DNA of 42,397 nucleotides from a virus. Lineage: Duplodnaviria; Caudoviricetes. The notes below the pieces were generated by a model that saw only the letters and a program-made list of their open reading frames with translations, ran no database searches and was not told where the DNA came from. The position numbers and the translations under genes are program-made. Positions 18,368 to 28,159 of this stretch are shown piece after piece. Numbering within the stretch: the first letter of the stretch is position 1; each line of letters begins with the position of its first letter. Where the stretch lies: positions 1 to 42,397 of the IMG/VR virus record IMGVR_UViG_3300017777_001411. One strand, given 5' to 3'.

Positions 18368-19921
18368 CTATTCGCTAATTTCGTTCTTGTATAAATCAAT
18401 AATTTTAGTGTGGTATCCCAACTTATCTTGCAGCGCCGCGTAGAGTTTTGTCTCCACTGGACTGCCTTCGAGATGCACTACAGTAACAGGATTTTTCTGC
18501 CCTTGTCTATGGACTCGTGCATTTGCCTGAAGATAATACTCAATGGACGTTATTGGAGCGTACCAGATGACAACATTTGCAGCGGTCAAAGTAACGCCAT
18601 GCGCAGCAGCTTGTGGCTGAATAAGCAATACCTTTGGATCTGGTTCTTCTTGAAACTTTTTAAATATTTCGGTGCGTTTGTTTACTGGTACGCTACCGTT
18701 AATTACTTCACAACTTATTTTTTGTTTTACTAAAAAATCTTTTACTAACGTAATGGTGTGCGTAAATGGTAAGAACACAAGCACTTTAGCAGTGGCCTCC
18801 TCAATTACTTCTAACATTGCGTTTAACCGATTAGAGACATCAAACTCTATTACGCTACCGTTGTCGGTGTAGACCGCGCCTCCAGCTATCTGTAACAACT
18901 TAGTAAAATTGGCTGCTGCGTTCACAGCGGAAACATCTTCACCCGCTGCGCTAATCAACATATCTTTCTTGAGTTGTTTGTAATATCTAATTTGCTGTGG
19001 TGACATAGGTACGTAGCGAGATACGTGGGTAACGTCAGGAAGGTCAAGGCACTCGGCTTTGGTATATCGAATTGCCGGTTGTAGCAACTTATGTACAGTC
19101 TGCTCTGAACTAGTCTTTGGCACCCATATAAACCTAGTTAATTGTGTCATCACACTATCTCTGAACGAGGTGTACAGTAATGGAGCGCGTTCGGGTACGC
19201 ACATCTTTGCCAAACCGTAAGCATCTATCGGCGATTGCGCTGCTGGGGTGCCCGTCATCATCCACATCCACGTTTTGTGTGAAGTTATTTCTTTAAGTGC
19301 TTTAAATCGTTTGGTGCGATGATTCTTGTACGCATTGGCTTCATCAACAATAATTAAATCAAATCCGCCGTTTTTAACTTCATCTTTCACAATGTCGAGA
19401 CCATCAAAATTTATGATGACGTACTCGGCCACGCCATTAATAATTGCTTTTCTCTTGGAACGGTCACCATAGGCAATGTCCACGTTGCGGTGTACAGCAA
19501 ACTTAAACAGATCGGCTTGCCACGCAGACTGCATAATCGACAGAGGGCATATGATAAGGACTCGGTTTATTGTCCCTTGTGTAAGCAAGTAATCAGACGC
19601 CCAAATAGCGGATGCAGTTTTGCCTGTACCTTGCTCGTTAAAGCAGAAGGCTCTTTGATTAACCGTCATGAAAGACGCAGTGTCTTTCTGATGCGCCATT
19701 GGTGCAAACAACCCCGGCCAGTTATAGTCGCGTAGGATTGGGGATGGCACTTTTTGTATACCAAGTTTGCTCAATGTACGAGCTTCCTCTAATCCCCAGA
19801 AAACCACAATCTCGCTGACATCGCCTTGATGCGCTACTACCTTACTACGCTTGACTGTCTCGGTTATGCGGCTAGGCCACTTGGTGCGCACTACCAGCAG
19901 TTTGTTATCTACGATTTGCAT
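18368..19921 (-). CDS. SNF2-like superfamily 2 helicase
   Basis: EQGTGKT, IIVDEA, MTGTP, HGVTLTAA and QANARVHRQGQ motifs. Confidence 0.9.
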   Translation of the reverse strand: MQIVDNKLLVVRTKWPSRITETVKRSKVVAHQGDVSEIVVFWGLEEARTLSKLGIQKVPSPILRDYNWPGLFAPMAHQKDTASFMTVNQRAFCFNEQGTGKTASAIWASDYLLTQGTINRVLIICPLSIMQSAWQADLFKFAVHRNVDIAYGDRSKRKAIINGVAEYVIINFDGLDIVKDEVKNGGFDLIIVDEANAYKNHRTKRFKALKEITSHKTWMWMMTGTPAAQSPIDAYGLAKMCVPERAPLLYTSFRDSVMTQLTRFIWVPKTSSEQTVHKLLQPAIRYTKAECLDLPDVTHVSRYVPMSPQQIRYYKQLKKDMLISAAGEDVSAVNAAANFTKLLQIAGGAVYTDNGSVIEFDVSNRLNAMLEVIEEATAKVLVFLPFTHTITLVKDFLVKQKISCEVINGSVPVNKRTEIFKKFQEEPDPKVLLIQPQAAAHGVTLTAANVVIWYAPITSIEYYLQANARVHRQGQKNPVTVVHLEGSPVETKLYAALQDKLGYHTKIIDLYKNEISE

Positions 19922-20187
19922 TATTTTGGTTCATGGTTTGACTTACGTGGGTATGAACGATTGTCACTTGCGGCCTTAACGCGCAGGTTGCTCTTAGTAG
20001 TCTTACCGCCTTTAGACAGAGGCACCTTGTGGTCAACGTCTTTACCGTCACCCTTATGCACTTTGCCAGCTTCTGTCATGATACGCCGCGCTTTGTTACG
20101 CTCGGCCCGCTTCTTCTTTACTTTCTCCGTACCATCGTATGTTTCGTATTCGTGCTTGTATGGACGGGGTTTATTTACGTAAGGCAT
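19921..20187 (-). CDS. small HNH-family protein
   Basis: DVDHKVPLSKGGKTTKSNLRV...N; start at ATG 20187 behind AGGAG. Confidence 0.8.
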   Translation of the reverse strand: MPYVNKPRPYKHEYETYDGTEKVKKKRAERNKARRIMTEAGKVHKGDGKDVDHKVPLSKGGKTTKSNLRVKAASDNRSYPRKSNHEPK

Positions 20188-20197
20188 TACCAACTCC

Positions 20198-21376
20198 TTA
20201 TTTCCACTTTGAATCTTCGTGTTTAGTTAAGAGGTCAACTACCTTTGTCATCCCAACCAGCTTTGCGTCTCTATATTGTTCTTGCAACTCAGATGCTTCC
20301 TCTGGCGCAATATCAAATATTACCGTGCTAATTTCAGAGAACTTAGGAGCAGTGACTACACAATCATATCCGTTCCATGTGAACTTGTTAAGTCCGCGTA
20401 AATGTTCTTTAATGACAACTTTCTTATCTCGCACAACCCGATCATGTTGGCTTACAAAGTGGATAATCTTTTTACGTTTACCGGTTGAAGTTTGAATAGA
20501 TAAATCTCTGTCGGCAAAGTACCGCTTCGTATCCATCCGGTCTAGGGAGAACACCAGTCGCCTTTTACCCTGCTTGACCGACACGTTCCAGCTCTCATCT
20601 TTACGCTGCGTCCACCAGTCAAATACGTTTTTAAAAATTATTTTGTAGTGATGTAATACTTTTACTAAATCTTTATTCTCTGCTTCATGTGGGTACATCA
20701 TTGCAGGGTTGCCACTCCACCGTTTGTTGTAGTGTGAACGGTCTCGATCACTACGTGGTTTGTTTCTTACGTTGACCACCTCTTGTCGCTGCTCTCGGCA
20801 TACAGAAACTTCACCCGTCTCTTTGTCGATAACTACGTACATAACTAACCACATCAACTTACCTTTTAGCTTTACAACTTCGCCAAACTTATATGGATGC
20901 CCTCGCAGTGGTTGCACTCCTAATGGCAACCTAGATAGTTTCAAAGCAAAAAATATTTGCGGGGCTATGCTGTCCTCAGTATCTTCATGAGGAAATGCCA
21001 CAGCCATCATTGCTGGTAACCCGTCTTCAGTTTTTACAATTACATCTTCATCATCACCTATCATCGTCATCTCCCACGGGTGCGGGATATAGATGCCTAA
21101 CCGTGTAAAACCTACCCGCTCATCCGCGGATATCCAAGACCATGATGTAGGAAGTTCTACTACTTCAAACATGTGCTTTAAATTTGATAGCAGCGCAGAA
21201 AAAGATTCCGAGAACGACGTAGCTTTACCATCAATTTTAGATACGTGGTAATGGGTATATTTTTTTCGTTCTTTTTTTATTACAGTCGGTAATTCATTTG
21301 CTGCAATTTCAACAGCATCATGTTTCGTTCCAAACAGGTCAAGCATGTACGATATAAATCGTTTTATGTAATACAT
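20198..21376 (-). CDS. hypothetical protein
   Basis: 392-aa ORF with GGAG RBS; C-terminal HFVSQHDR...KEHLRG His/Arg motif. Confidence 0.75.
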   Translation of the reverse strand: MYYIKRFISYMLDLFGTKHDAVEIAANELPTVIKKERKKYTHYHVSKIDGKATSFSESFSALLSNLKHMFEVVELPTSWSWISADERVGFTRLGIYIPHPWEMTMIGDDEDVIVKTEDGLPAMMAVAFPHEDTEDSIAPQIFFALKLSRLPLGVQPLRGHPYKFGEVVKLKGKLMWLVMYVVIDKETGEVSVCREQRQEVVNVRNKPRSDRDRSHYNKRWSGNPAMMYPHEAENKDLVKVLHHYKIIFKNVFDWWTQRKDESWNVSVKQGKRRLVFSLDRMDTKRYFADRDLSIQTSTGKRKKIIHFVSQHDRVVRDKKVVIKEHLRGLNKFTWNGYDCVVTAPKFSEISTVIFDIAPEEASELQEQYRDAKLVGMTKVVDLLTKHEDSKWK

Positions 21377-21391
21377 AGTTGATTCTCCTAA

Positions 21392-21568
21392 TTACATTCT
21401 AAGCATTATGCCAAGGAACTTTGAAAAAAACGATGCACTTCTTTCTTGATATTCCAGTATTAAGTCTTGGACAAGCCTTTCCTCTGGCGTGTATTCTTCT
21501 AACCTAAATTTAGGGACATAATATGCTCCTATCCTCGGTGGGGCTTCCTTAATAAATTTACCGTTATG
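21392..21568 (-). CDS. small hypothetical protein
   Basis: Short ORF filling the gap, with AGGAGG upstream; the ORF track starts it at 21574, exact start uncertain. Confidence 0.5.
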   Translation of the reverse strand, partial: HNGKFIKEAPPRIGAYYVPKFRLEEYTPEERLVQDLILEYQERSASFFSKFLGIMLRM

Positions 21569-21583
21569 CAACATATTTACCTC

Positions 21584-22252
21584 CTAGTATTGGCTTCTAC
21601 CATTATGCTCGCAGTCTTTTACTGCACAGAATTTGCGGCATGTAAAGTTGGGTTTCGGATTCCAAACATTGTGTTGTATCGCTGCCTCCAACTGTTGCAC
21701 ATCGTTAATCCACTTGACCCATGCAACCTGTTGATCATCGCTCTGGTACTCCCTCGGCACTAAGTCTTCTACAACTAAAAACAACAGCCCAGCTTTAATA
21801 ATTTTTACTTCTGGAAAATGCTTGAACGTTAGTAACGACAGCAACTCCAACTGTTTCGTATCAGCGTACTGACTGCTCTTACTTGTTTTGTAATCAATAA
21901 TTCTTGCCTTGTCACCGTTAATTACTAGCAAGTCCACGATGCCTCGCGCCCAGACATCTGGGTCATTAAAAGCACATGGGGTGAAATCTTTCTTTAACCC
22001 CATCTCATGTTCGCAGTGCTTGTCCCCCTTCAACGCTTTCATTGCATCCAACTGTTTCGTAAACTGACCAAACTTCGGTGGAATCGGCGTGTTATCACGG
22101 ATGTACTCCTCCGCTGCCTTATGCACTGCACTGCCATACAGAAGGTGCTGCTGTGGCGGCTCCACAATATCTTTTACGATACGTAGGCGGTGGTACTTAC
22201 GGGGGCACTGTAAAAACAGCGACATGCTGGAGTACGACCATGTGTACTTCAT
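21584..22252 (-). CDS. PD-(D/E)XK RecB/Cas4-like exonuclease
   Basis: WSYSS..QCPR, GSAVH, GIVDL, IIDYKT and C-terminal C..C....C (possible Fe-S ligands). Confidence 0.85.
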   Translation of the reverse strand: MKYTWSYSSMSLFLQCPRKYHRLRIVKDIVEPPQQHLLYGSAVHKAAEEYIRDNTPIPPKFGQFTKQLDAMKALKGDKHCEHEMGLKKDFTPCAFNDPDVWARGIVDLLVINGDKARIIDYKTSKSSQYADTKQLELLSLLTFKHFPEVKIIKAGLLFLVVEDLVPREYQSDDQQVAWVKWINDVQQLEAAIQHNVWNPKPNFTCRKFCAVKDCEHNGRSQY

Positions 22253-22485
22253 TTAGCTTCCTCTACCTTTATCAAATCCACATACGTCCCGGCTTTGTAA
22301 ACAAACCTCACACCGATAAGTTCTTCGTTCTCGTCAAAGTAACAGCAGAGCATATGGTTATCGCCCCACGGCGCACCGCTACGCAGACTACTTGTATTTT
22401 TACTTGGCATCGGGTAACTCGTTGTCCACTTAACTCGCGGGTTATGTGGCTCTCTTTGGTAGTCGTATAGCTTGATGTCAGGCAT
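22249..22485 (-). CDS. hypothetical protein
   Basis: 78 aa, overlapping both neighbours. Confidence 0.55.
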   Translation of the reverse strand: MPDIKLYDYQREPHNPRVKWTTSYPMPSKNTSSLRSGAPWGDNHMLCCYFDENEELIGVRFVYKAGTYVDLIKVEEAK

Positions 22486-22633
22486 TCTTTTCTTCTGCTT
22501 CTAGTACACGCAAATCATTAGCAGCATCGGATACTCCGTGCCAATCTTCACGCGCAATCATTACGCGCATGTACTCAATTAGAATCAAACGTTGTGTGTC
22601 TAAATCATGGTAGTTGGTATTATGGTCATCCAT
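22478..22633 (-). CDS. small hypothetical protein not in ORF track (51 aa)
   Basis: Hand translation MDDHNTNYHDLDTQRLILIEYMRVMIAREDWHGVSDAANDLRVLEAEEKNA; AGGAG upstream; fills the gap and overlaps both neighbours. Confidence 0.7.
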   Translation of the reverse strand: MDDHNTNYHDLDTQRLILIEYMRVMIAREDWHGVSDAANDLRVLEAEEKNA

Positions 22634-22916
22634 TATTCTTCTCCTTTAGTTTTTTTTCCGCCCACCAGACCGCAGACTCCCACGCTTGTGTAGTCACCCA
22701 ACTTTCTCTGTTGCCCTCTTGTATCTCCTCATCCGTCAGCCCCTGCCATTCGCGCTTCGGTGTACACGTATGTATCTCAGCCGGATTCTTTTCGCCACAT
22801 CGTTCGCACTCTAATAGTCGGATACGTATCTCCCCAAGCAACTCACTTTGTAGGTCGCTCGTCCAATGATCTTCCCAAGCATTAAACACATGCTTTAATA
22901 GTTCTCTGTCAGTCAT
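22626..22916 (-). CDS. hypothetical protein
   Basis: CERCGE..IHTC and REWQGLTDEEI...EKKLKEKN, patterns common in phage accessory proteins. Confidence 0.7.
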   Translation of the reverse strand: MTDRELLKHVFNAWEDHWTSDLQSELLGEIRIRLLECERCGEKNPAEIHTCTPKREWQGLTDEEIQEGNRESWVTTQAWESAVWWAEKKLKEKNNG

Positions 22917-23095
22917 AACTTATGCCCTCTCGCTTGTCTGCATTGTTCTCTGTGCTTGCTATCAAAGTCAGGACTTATCTCAGCTACCCCGCAAGGTAGC
23001 TGCGGCTCGTTCAAGATAACTTTAGTCCCGTAGTACAAACTGAACACAGCGATAGCTACGTAGAACGCAACGGCTACGATCTCAGGGGGTTTCAT
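22913..23095 (-). CDS. small membrane-anchored protein
   Basis: N-terminal hydrophobic helix, then CGVAEISPD...C. Confidence 0.6.
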   Translation of the reverse strand: MKPPEIVAVAFYVAIAVFSLYYGTKVILNEPQLPCGVAEISPDFDSKHREQCRQARGHKL

Positions 23096-23267
23096 TTCTT
23101 GCTTTCATCATTGCATCTGCTAACTCATACGCTGCTTCAGCCATGTCTTTGTAGTCAATATCCCTTTCTTCCATAAACGCGCCCATGATAAAACTATGCA
23201 CGGCCTTCGCCGCAAAGTAATCACGCAAGTCCATGCCTTCTTCTTTGTGTGTTGGAAATGCTTTCAT
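23082..23267 (-). CDS. hypothetical phage protein (GMDLRDYFAAKA type)
   Basis: GMDLRDYFAAKA...AYELADAMMKAR, a widespread phage motif. Confidence 0.8.
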   Translation of the reverse strand: MKAFPTHKEEGMDLRDYFAAKAVHSFIMGAFMEERDIDYKDMAEAAYELADAMMKARNETP

Positions 23268-23268
23268 G

Positions 23269-23568
23269 TTAGCCCCTCTCTTTAAATATTTTTGTTTGGT
23301 TTATTCCAGCGTAAGGCTGCTTGCATCCTGCGTACTGAGACATTTCTAAATTACGTGGCTCATCATGGAATATGCGGTCACGCATAGCAGGGTCGGGCTT
23401 GCCATCCTTGGTGTAGTGAAAGAACTTTTCTGGGTTTTGCTTTTTAATTAGTGCTGTGGCATCGTCAATCGCTTTAATCTTTTCAGATAAAGGCTTAATT
23501 GCTGTTGCGTTTCGTAACATCAAAATGTGCATGGGGTTTAGTAGTTTCGCAATCATTAACTTCTCCAT
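23269..23568 (-). CDS. hypothetical protein
   Basis: ORF in operon orientation; start uncertain. Confidence 0.55.
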   Translation of the reverse strand: MEKLMIAKLLNPMHILMLRNATAIKPLSEKIKAIDDATALIKKQNPEKFFHYTKDGKPDPAMRDRIFHDEPRNLEMSQYAGCKQPYAGINQTKIFKERG

Positions 23569-23599
23569 TTAAAATTTATAGTTTATGTAGCTACAGGGG

Positions 23600-25453
23600 T
23601 TAGCCTTTCCACTTCTTCGCGCCGCCGTAACTATCGCCCATCTTTACTTCACAATTAAGCGGCAATGTTTCTGCCCACTTTGGTCTCCACCTCATACACT
23701 CCTGCACATACCTAGCTGCTTCTTCTGCTTCTGCTATCGGTGCAATACAAGCCACAGCATCATGGACTGTCAGCACCACCTTATATCGCTGTGCAATCTT
23801 TAACATCTGTTCACCGATCACACACCGCGCAAGTCCTTGGCAAATGTTCTCTACTACCTTACCGCCATAGATTCCATTTGGTCCTTTTCTTGTGTCGTAC
23901 ACAATCTCTGGAACGCCTCGCAGGTGAATAGCCCCACTAAACCTAATCCCCGGATACTTCTGCGGTATACCGCTTGGCATATCAAACCCGACCCCCGGCA
24001 TGAAATACGTAGCCTGTGGCTGAATACCAAACGGCGCTGCTTTTATATCCCCCTCCGCTAACAATCCTATGCAATCACCTGCTTGTGCCCACAACCTTGG
24101 TATGTGCCCAAACTGAGTACGGTACGTATTTAAAATCTTCTTGCAAAACTCCAGAGTCAGTTCCACACCAAACGTTTTCAACTGCATCTGAAACTTCATT
24201 GACCCCATACCGTATCCCGCACCAAGGATTGTGGTCTTACCAACAAAGCGTTCTTCCTCAGTAACATTAGCTACTGCCTTACCGTAAATACTCGCCGCCA
24301 TCATCTTGTACACATCACGGCCTTCTTCAAAGGCTACCACTAAGTCTTTCTGCCCTGATAGCCAAGCGACAATCCTTGCCTCGATTTGAGCAGAGTCGGC
24401 GTCGATTAGTACGTATCCCGATGGTGGGCAGATAGCTGTTTTCAGCGTGTTCTTATCCTTGCCTCGGCTCGGCAGGTTTTGAAGGTTTAACTTATCGTCT
24501 CCACCCCAACGGCCTGTGTGCGCTGCGTAGTAGCGTAGGGGGACTGGCATATCGCCCCGCTTGGCAATATCGATGAACCTCTGTGTCCGTGTTTCCTCCA
24601 ACGTGGACTTGGTTCCTAGCCGTGCAGCAACAAGGGCTTGCACCCGCTCATCTGGATACTCTGCCAAAGCCTTAAACCCCTCGTCACTCTTAGCAAACGC
24701 CAACGTCGGCTTGCCTGTAGCGGGGCTGACTTTCATCGGCGGCACAACTCCATACTCCTGCAACTTCTCTGCAAACTTAGGGTTGGATAACAGCGTATCC
24801 CTATCGGAACAGGCTTCGGCGATTAATTTTTCCTTACGCTCGACCACCTCAATAAGATGCTGCTCAAGTAACGGCAGGTTCAACTGCAACACAGGATCAG
24901 TGAACATACTCAGGGTCAAATCAATTAGTTTCAGTTCTTTCTTAGTAAGCCCGTCCCTGAGTATGTGGAACAGCTTGTACGTAATCTCGACATCGTTAAT
25001 ACAATACCTGCCGTACTGTGCCAATTGCTCGGTAGGAAAGTCCAGCCGACGTAACCCCTTTGCGGTAACCACTTCAGTGCCTTTAGTGCCTATCGCGTAA
25101 CGATCTGCGAGTTTTGCCAAACTGTTCCCAACTTCCACACCGTCTACGGCTCTGGCCATTGATAGCGTATCAAGCCACCCCATCGGTTTAATGCCAAACT
25201 TCCAAGACATAATCGCGCCATCGAACAGCATGTTGTGCGCAAGTACAAGAGACGAACCCCAATCGAACTGATTGAACCAAATCTTGGTCTGCTCATGCGT
25301 ACCGCTAAACCATTGCGTCTCTCCATCGCCAACCTTTACTGCTACGCCGATAACCTCAAAGCGATCATCACGCACGTACTCCTCAGTCGTCAGCTTTGAT
25401 AGGCTGAACTCCTGATCGTAATAAGTTTCGAAGTCGATTGTGATTATGTTCAA
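23600..25453 (-). CDS. polA: family A DNA polymerase with 3'-5' exonuclease
   Basis: Exonuclease IDFETY and AHNMLFD; motif A DSAQIEAR, motif B RFVGKTTILGAGYG, motif C TVHD. Confidence 0.95.
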   Translation of the reverse strand: MNIITIDFETYYDQEFSLSKLTTEEYVRDDRFEVIGVAVKVGDGETQWFSGTHEQTKIWFNQFDWGSSLVLAHNMLFDGAIMSWKFGIKPMGWLDTLSMARAVDGVEVGNSLAKLADRYAIGTKGTEVVTAKGLRRLDFPTEQLAQYGRYCINDVEITYKLFHILRDGLTKKELKLIDLTLSMFTDPVLQLNLPLLEQHLIEVVERKEKLIAEACSDRDTLLSNPKFAEKLQEYGVVPPMKVSPATGKPTLAFAKSDEGFKALAEYPDERVQALVAARLGTKSTLEETRTQRFIDIAKRGDMPVPLRYYAAHTGRWGGDDKLNLQNLPSRGKDKNTLKTAICPPSGYVLIDADSAQIEARIVAWLSGQKDLVVAFEEGRDVYKMMAASIYGKAVANVTEEERFVGKTTILGAGYGMGSMKFQMQLKTFGVELTLEFCKKILNTYRTQFGHIPRLWAQAGDCIGLLAEGDIKAAPFGIQPQATYFMPGVGFDMPSGIPQKYPGIRFSGAIHLRGVPEIVYDTRKGPNGIYGGKVVENICQGLARCVIGEQMLKIAQRYKVVLTVHDAVACIAPIAEAEEAARYVQECMRWRPKWAETLPLNCEVKMGDSYGGAKKWKG

Positions 25454-25881
25454 AGCAATCCTTTCTGACGCATAGCTTCTGCTGTTTGTGTTGGAGTTTT
25501 GTAAACGCCCGCCATCTCGTTCTCAATAATCTTCAACGCTTGCTTCGTTAGACCCTCTGGGGTAATCATAGAAGTCGGGTTCGTCATACGTTGCGTTATT
25601 GTTTCGCCCGGTATGTACGATCTTTGTTTTTCTTCGCCCTCAAAAATAAGTTCTACGATCCGCGTTTTGGTAGCTTGTCGGCGGATTCGGCGCACAGCAG
25701 TGGCTATCGCTACGCGATCCCTAAAAGAATACAATCCGTCATCAACAATTGCTACGTAGCCATTCGAATGGAGAGTACGCCGCGCCCATATCGCTTTAGG
25801 ATCTCCTTCTAATTTATCAATCAGCATCTTCACTTCGGTGCTGCAAAATTTGTACGCAAGTTTTTCAATTATTGATTTCAC
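25450..25881 (-). CDS. hypothetical protein
   Basis: 143 aa, AGGAG RBS, overlaps the polymerase start. Confidence 0.7.
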   Translation of the reverse strand: MKSIIEKLAYKFCSTEVKMLIDKLEGDPKAIWARRTLHSNGYVAIVDDGLYSFRDRVAIATAVRRIRRQATKTRIVELIFEGEEKQRSYIPGETITQRMTNPTSMITPEGLTKQALKIIENEMAGVYKTPTQTAEAMRQKGLL

Positions 25882-25915
25882 GTTTTCTCCTCGGGAACGG
25901 TCATAGGATCGGTCA

Positions 25916-26206
25916 TCAGCCTAGCGTGTCCAGCCACGCTTTCAGATCGTCCACGTTGGTTTCGTTGATGACAAAGGCTATCCCGCCAGCGTCACGTATT
26001 TGTTTAAGCTCTCGCTCTTGTAACGCAGTGGGTTTGTTGTTACCCGCTTTTGTTTCTATAGCAAAGAAGTGGCCTCGGTAACAGCCTACAATATCAGGGA
26101 CACCGCTACGTCCATAGCCCCCAGTAGCAGGCATAAAGTGGTAGATACTACGCCGCAATAATTCAGCGCGAACTTTGGTTTTAACTTTACTTTCGGGGGT
26201 GGACAT
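25916..26206 (-). CDS. VRR-NUC domain nuclease
   Basis: PESKVK, GVPDIV, AIETKA, PTALQ and GGIAFV motifs. Confidence 0.9.
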   Translation of the reverse strand: MSTPESKVKTKVRAELLRRSIYHFMPATGGYGRSGVPDIVGCYRGHFFAIETKAGNNKPTALQERELKQIRDAGGIAFVINETNVDDLKAWLDTLG

Positions 26207-26236
26207 TGCACTCTCACTACAGCTATAAGTGGACTT

Positions 26237-26265
26237 AGTATAGAACGGAAGGGGGGAGGACGCAA
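26237..26265 (-). promoter_or_regulatory. sigma70-like promoter of the replication operon
   Basis: TTGCGT-17 nt-TATACT upstream of VRR-NUC, just downstream of the early-operon terminator. Confidence 0.65.
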
Positions 26266-26313
26266 TAGCTTTTGCTATTTATTTTCGCTATCGCGTTGGA
26301 GATATTGATAGAT

Positions 26314-26353
26314 AAAAAAAGGGGACAAACTGACCTGAAGTCAACTTGTCCCC
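26314..26353 (-). terminator. terminator of the early leftward operon, containing a copy of the 27-bp palindrome
   Basis: GGGGACAA...TTGTCCCC stem followed by T7 on the minus strand; internal GACAAACTGAC-CTGAA-GTCAACTTGTC (26324-26350). Confidence 0.75.
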
Positions 26354-26380
26354 AAAGAACGCAGTTATCGTTGCTGAACG

Positions 26381-27247
26381 CTAACTAGTGGTAATTATCT
26401 CACCACCCGTCAGGTAATACCAATTAGTATTATCAATCACAAACTTAATGCCGATAGATTCTACTGGTTGTTTATGTTCTAACATACGCATCATAGCCAG
26501 CTTAGTTTGATACAACTCAGGCATCTCATAAGTATCGCTGAACTTTTGTAAGCGCATCTCATCAGTCAAGCCAGACGCATCATGTATTACTACACCTAGC
26601 AGCGTACCATCACGCTCTTCCTTGACCACAATGCCATTGGCATTTTTGTAGTCGTTGTTTACTGACACGGCAATCCTAGATGTATTCATCAACTTATCAA
26701 GATTAGGTTTTGCCACCAGCTTAGTTAGCTCTACACTTAGAGTCGGCACTTCACCTCTGCTTACTTGCATAGCAAGTTCCATCAGCGGGAGAATACTATC
26801 TTCACCAGTACGCTCGGCTTGCCGCACCGCGTTGTACTGCACCCCACCAATCTCAGAACTCATCTTCTGCTTTATCTTAGTGATAATCTCCGTTGCCGTT
26901 GATACCTGAGCAAAAACTCTTACCGACGTTTTCAATGCTTCCTGCGGCAACTTAGTTACCTTTTGATGTCGAGCACCTATGCGGTTTTGGATACGTGATG
27001 AATTTATCGTATACACATCGCACTTACCCTGACTCCTAAAAGATGCGTAGTCAATTCCAATAGAACCTACCTGCTCGTTGCCGTTGAACACAGAAACTTC
27101 GTGGATAACTTTGTGTTCTATTACACACCCAACAGTAAGAGACTCGAACGTAAGGTTCGGCACTTTGTGGTACAGCTTGGTCAGCAACTTCTCTAGCGGT
27201 TCATGCAGCGGGAAGTCGATGTGTTCGACTTTCTTTTTGAGTTTCAT
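26381..27247 (-). CDS. hypothetical protein
   Basis: 288-aa ORF with AGGGG RBS. Confidence 0.75.
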   Translation of the reverse strand: MKLKKKVEHIDFPLHEPLEKLLTKLYHKVPNLTFESLTVGCVIEHKVIHEVSVFNGNEQVGSIGIDYASFRSQGKCDVYTINSSRIQNRIGARHQKVTKLPQEALKTSVRVFAQVSTATEIITKIKQKMSSEIGGVQYNAVRQAERTGEDSILPLMELAMQVSRGEVPTLSVELTKLVAKPNLDKLMNTSRIAVSVNNDYKNANGIVVKEERDGTLLGVVIHDASGLTDEMRLQKFSDTYEMPELYQTKLAMMRMLEHKQPVESIGIKFVIDNTNWYYLTGGEIITTS

Positions 27248-27257
27248 GTTATTCCCC

Positions 27258-28148
27258 TTACCAATTAAATTTAGCTAAGATGCTATCGACCTTGTCCTTA
27301 ACTTCGGAACGTACTTCTTCATGTTCCTTCAGGTCATCGGTATCTACGGTATGTATCACCTTCTTCAACTGCACTCGTGCATCCTCTAGCTTCTGGTCAT
27401 TAGTTATGTTGAGACGACCAAGCAGCTCCACCAAGCTATGCGCATTTGATAGCATCGTATCGTGAAAGACCCTACGCTTCCCGTCCTGACCATCTGTCAG
27501 TCTGTCGCTCATGTGCAAGAGACACTCGTGTAGCCGTCCCCAGATATCACGCATGGCTCCCTCAAGACGCTGGTTGAAATGCTCGGCGTACTGAGTAGCG
27601 AGTTCGGCCTTGGCTTGCTCGTTGATGTCGATACGGAAATCCCCTGCTGTCGGCACAGGGCTAACAGCGTAGTGAAAGCGGAACTTGTGGGTTATCGATT
27701 CTACATCTGGATACTCTTCACGATCAAAGAGATCACCCAACTGAAAAGCCGCAGCAGAGATCAGCGTTGGATACTGTTTTAGGAAGTTAGTAGTCAACTC
27801 ATCAAAGTTAGTCTGGTGCAAATCCATCTGCGACTTGAAGCCGTTGAAGAAATGCTCGGCTGTCACAATACGTTGGCCGTTGTCAGACCAAGGCATTGAG
27901 TTCAAGTTATTCCACAGACGAACCTGCGCCGCATACTTCACGACCGCTTCAAGTGCGGGGCTACCTGCCAGCAAGTGCTTATGGTAGTTACCTGCCTTCA
28001 CCTTGGTGTTCTTGGCGGAGTCAACTTCGAGGCCCACCTTCTTGTCCAGCTTCCTAGCAGTCCAGCAAGAGATGCTGAGTTCTACCAGCAGCGAGGACGA
28101 TGCTATACCATACGTTTCGAACGTTGGCGTTTCAGCGATTGCGTTCAT
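27258..28148 (-). CDS. hypothetical protein, possibly DUF3150-like, partner of the AAA/vWA pair
   Basis: Start moved to ATG 28148 (MNAIAE) behind AGGAG; helical, with PWSDNGQR and LGDLFDREEYP; family name is tentative. Confidence 0.6.
   Translation of the reverse strand: MNAIAETPTFETYGIASSSLLVELSISCWTARKLDKKVGLEVDSAKNTKVKAGNYHKHLLAGSPALEAVVKYAAQVRLWNNLNSMPWSDNGQRIVTAEHFFNGFKSQMDLHQTNFDELTTNFLKQYPTLISAAAFQLGDLFDREEYPDVESITHKFRFHYAVSPVPTAGDFRIDINEQAKAELATQYAEHFNQRLEGAMRDIWGRLHECLLHMSDRLTDGQDGKRRVFHDTMLSNAHSLVELLGRLNITNDQKLEDARVQLKKVIHTVDTDDLKEHEEVRSEVKDKVDSILAKFNW
27480..27506 (-). repeat. 27-bp palindrome copy inside a CDS (degenerate left end)
   Basis: + strand reads CCC GTC CTGAC CATCT GTCAG TCT GTC. 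Confidence 0.65.
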
Positions 28149-28159
28149 TTGTTTTCTCC

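Noticed and set aside
21584-22252. cas4 gene
   Set aside because: Stand-alone Cas4/RecB-like nucleases are common in phage replication modules; there is no array or cas1/cas2.
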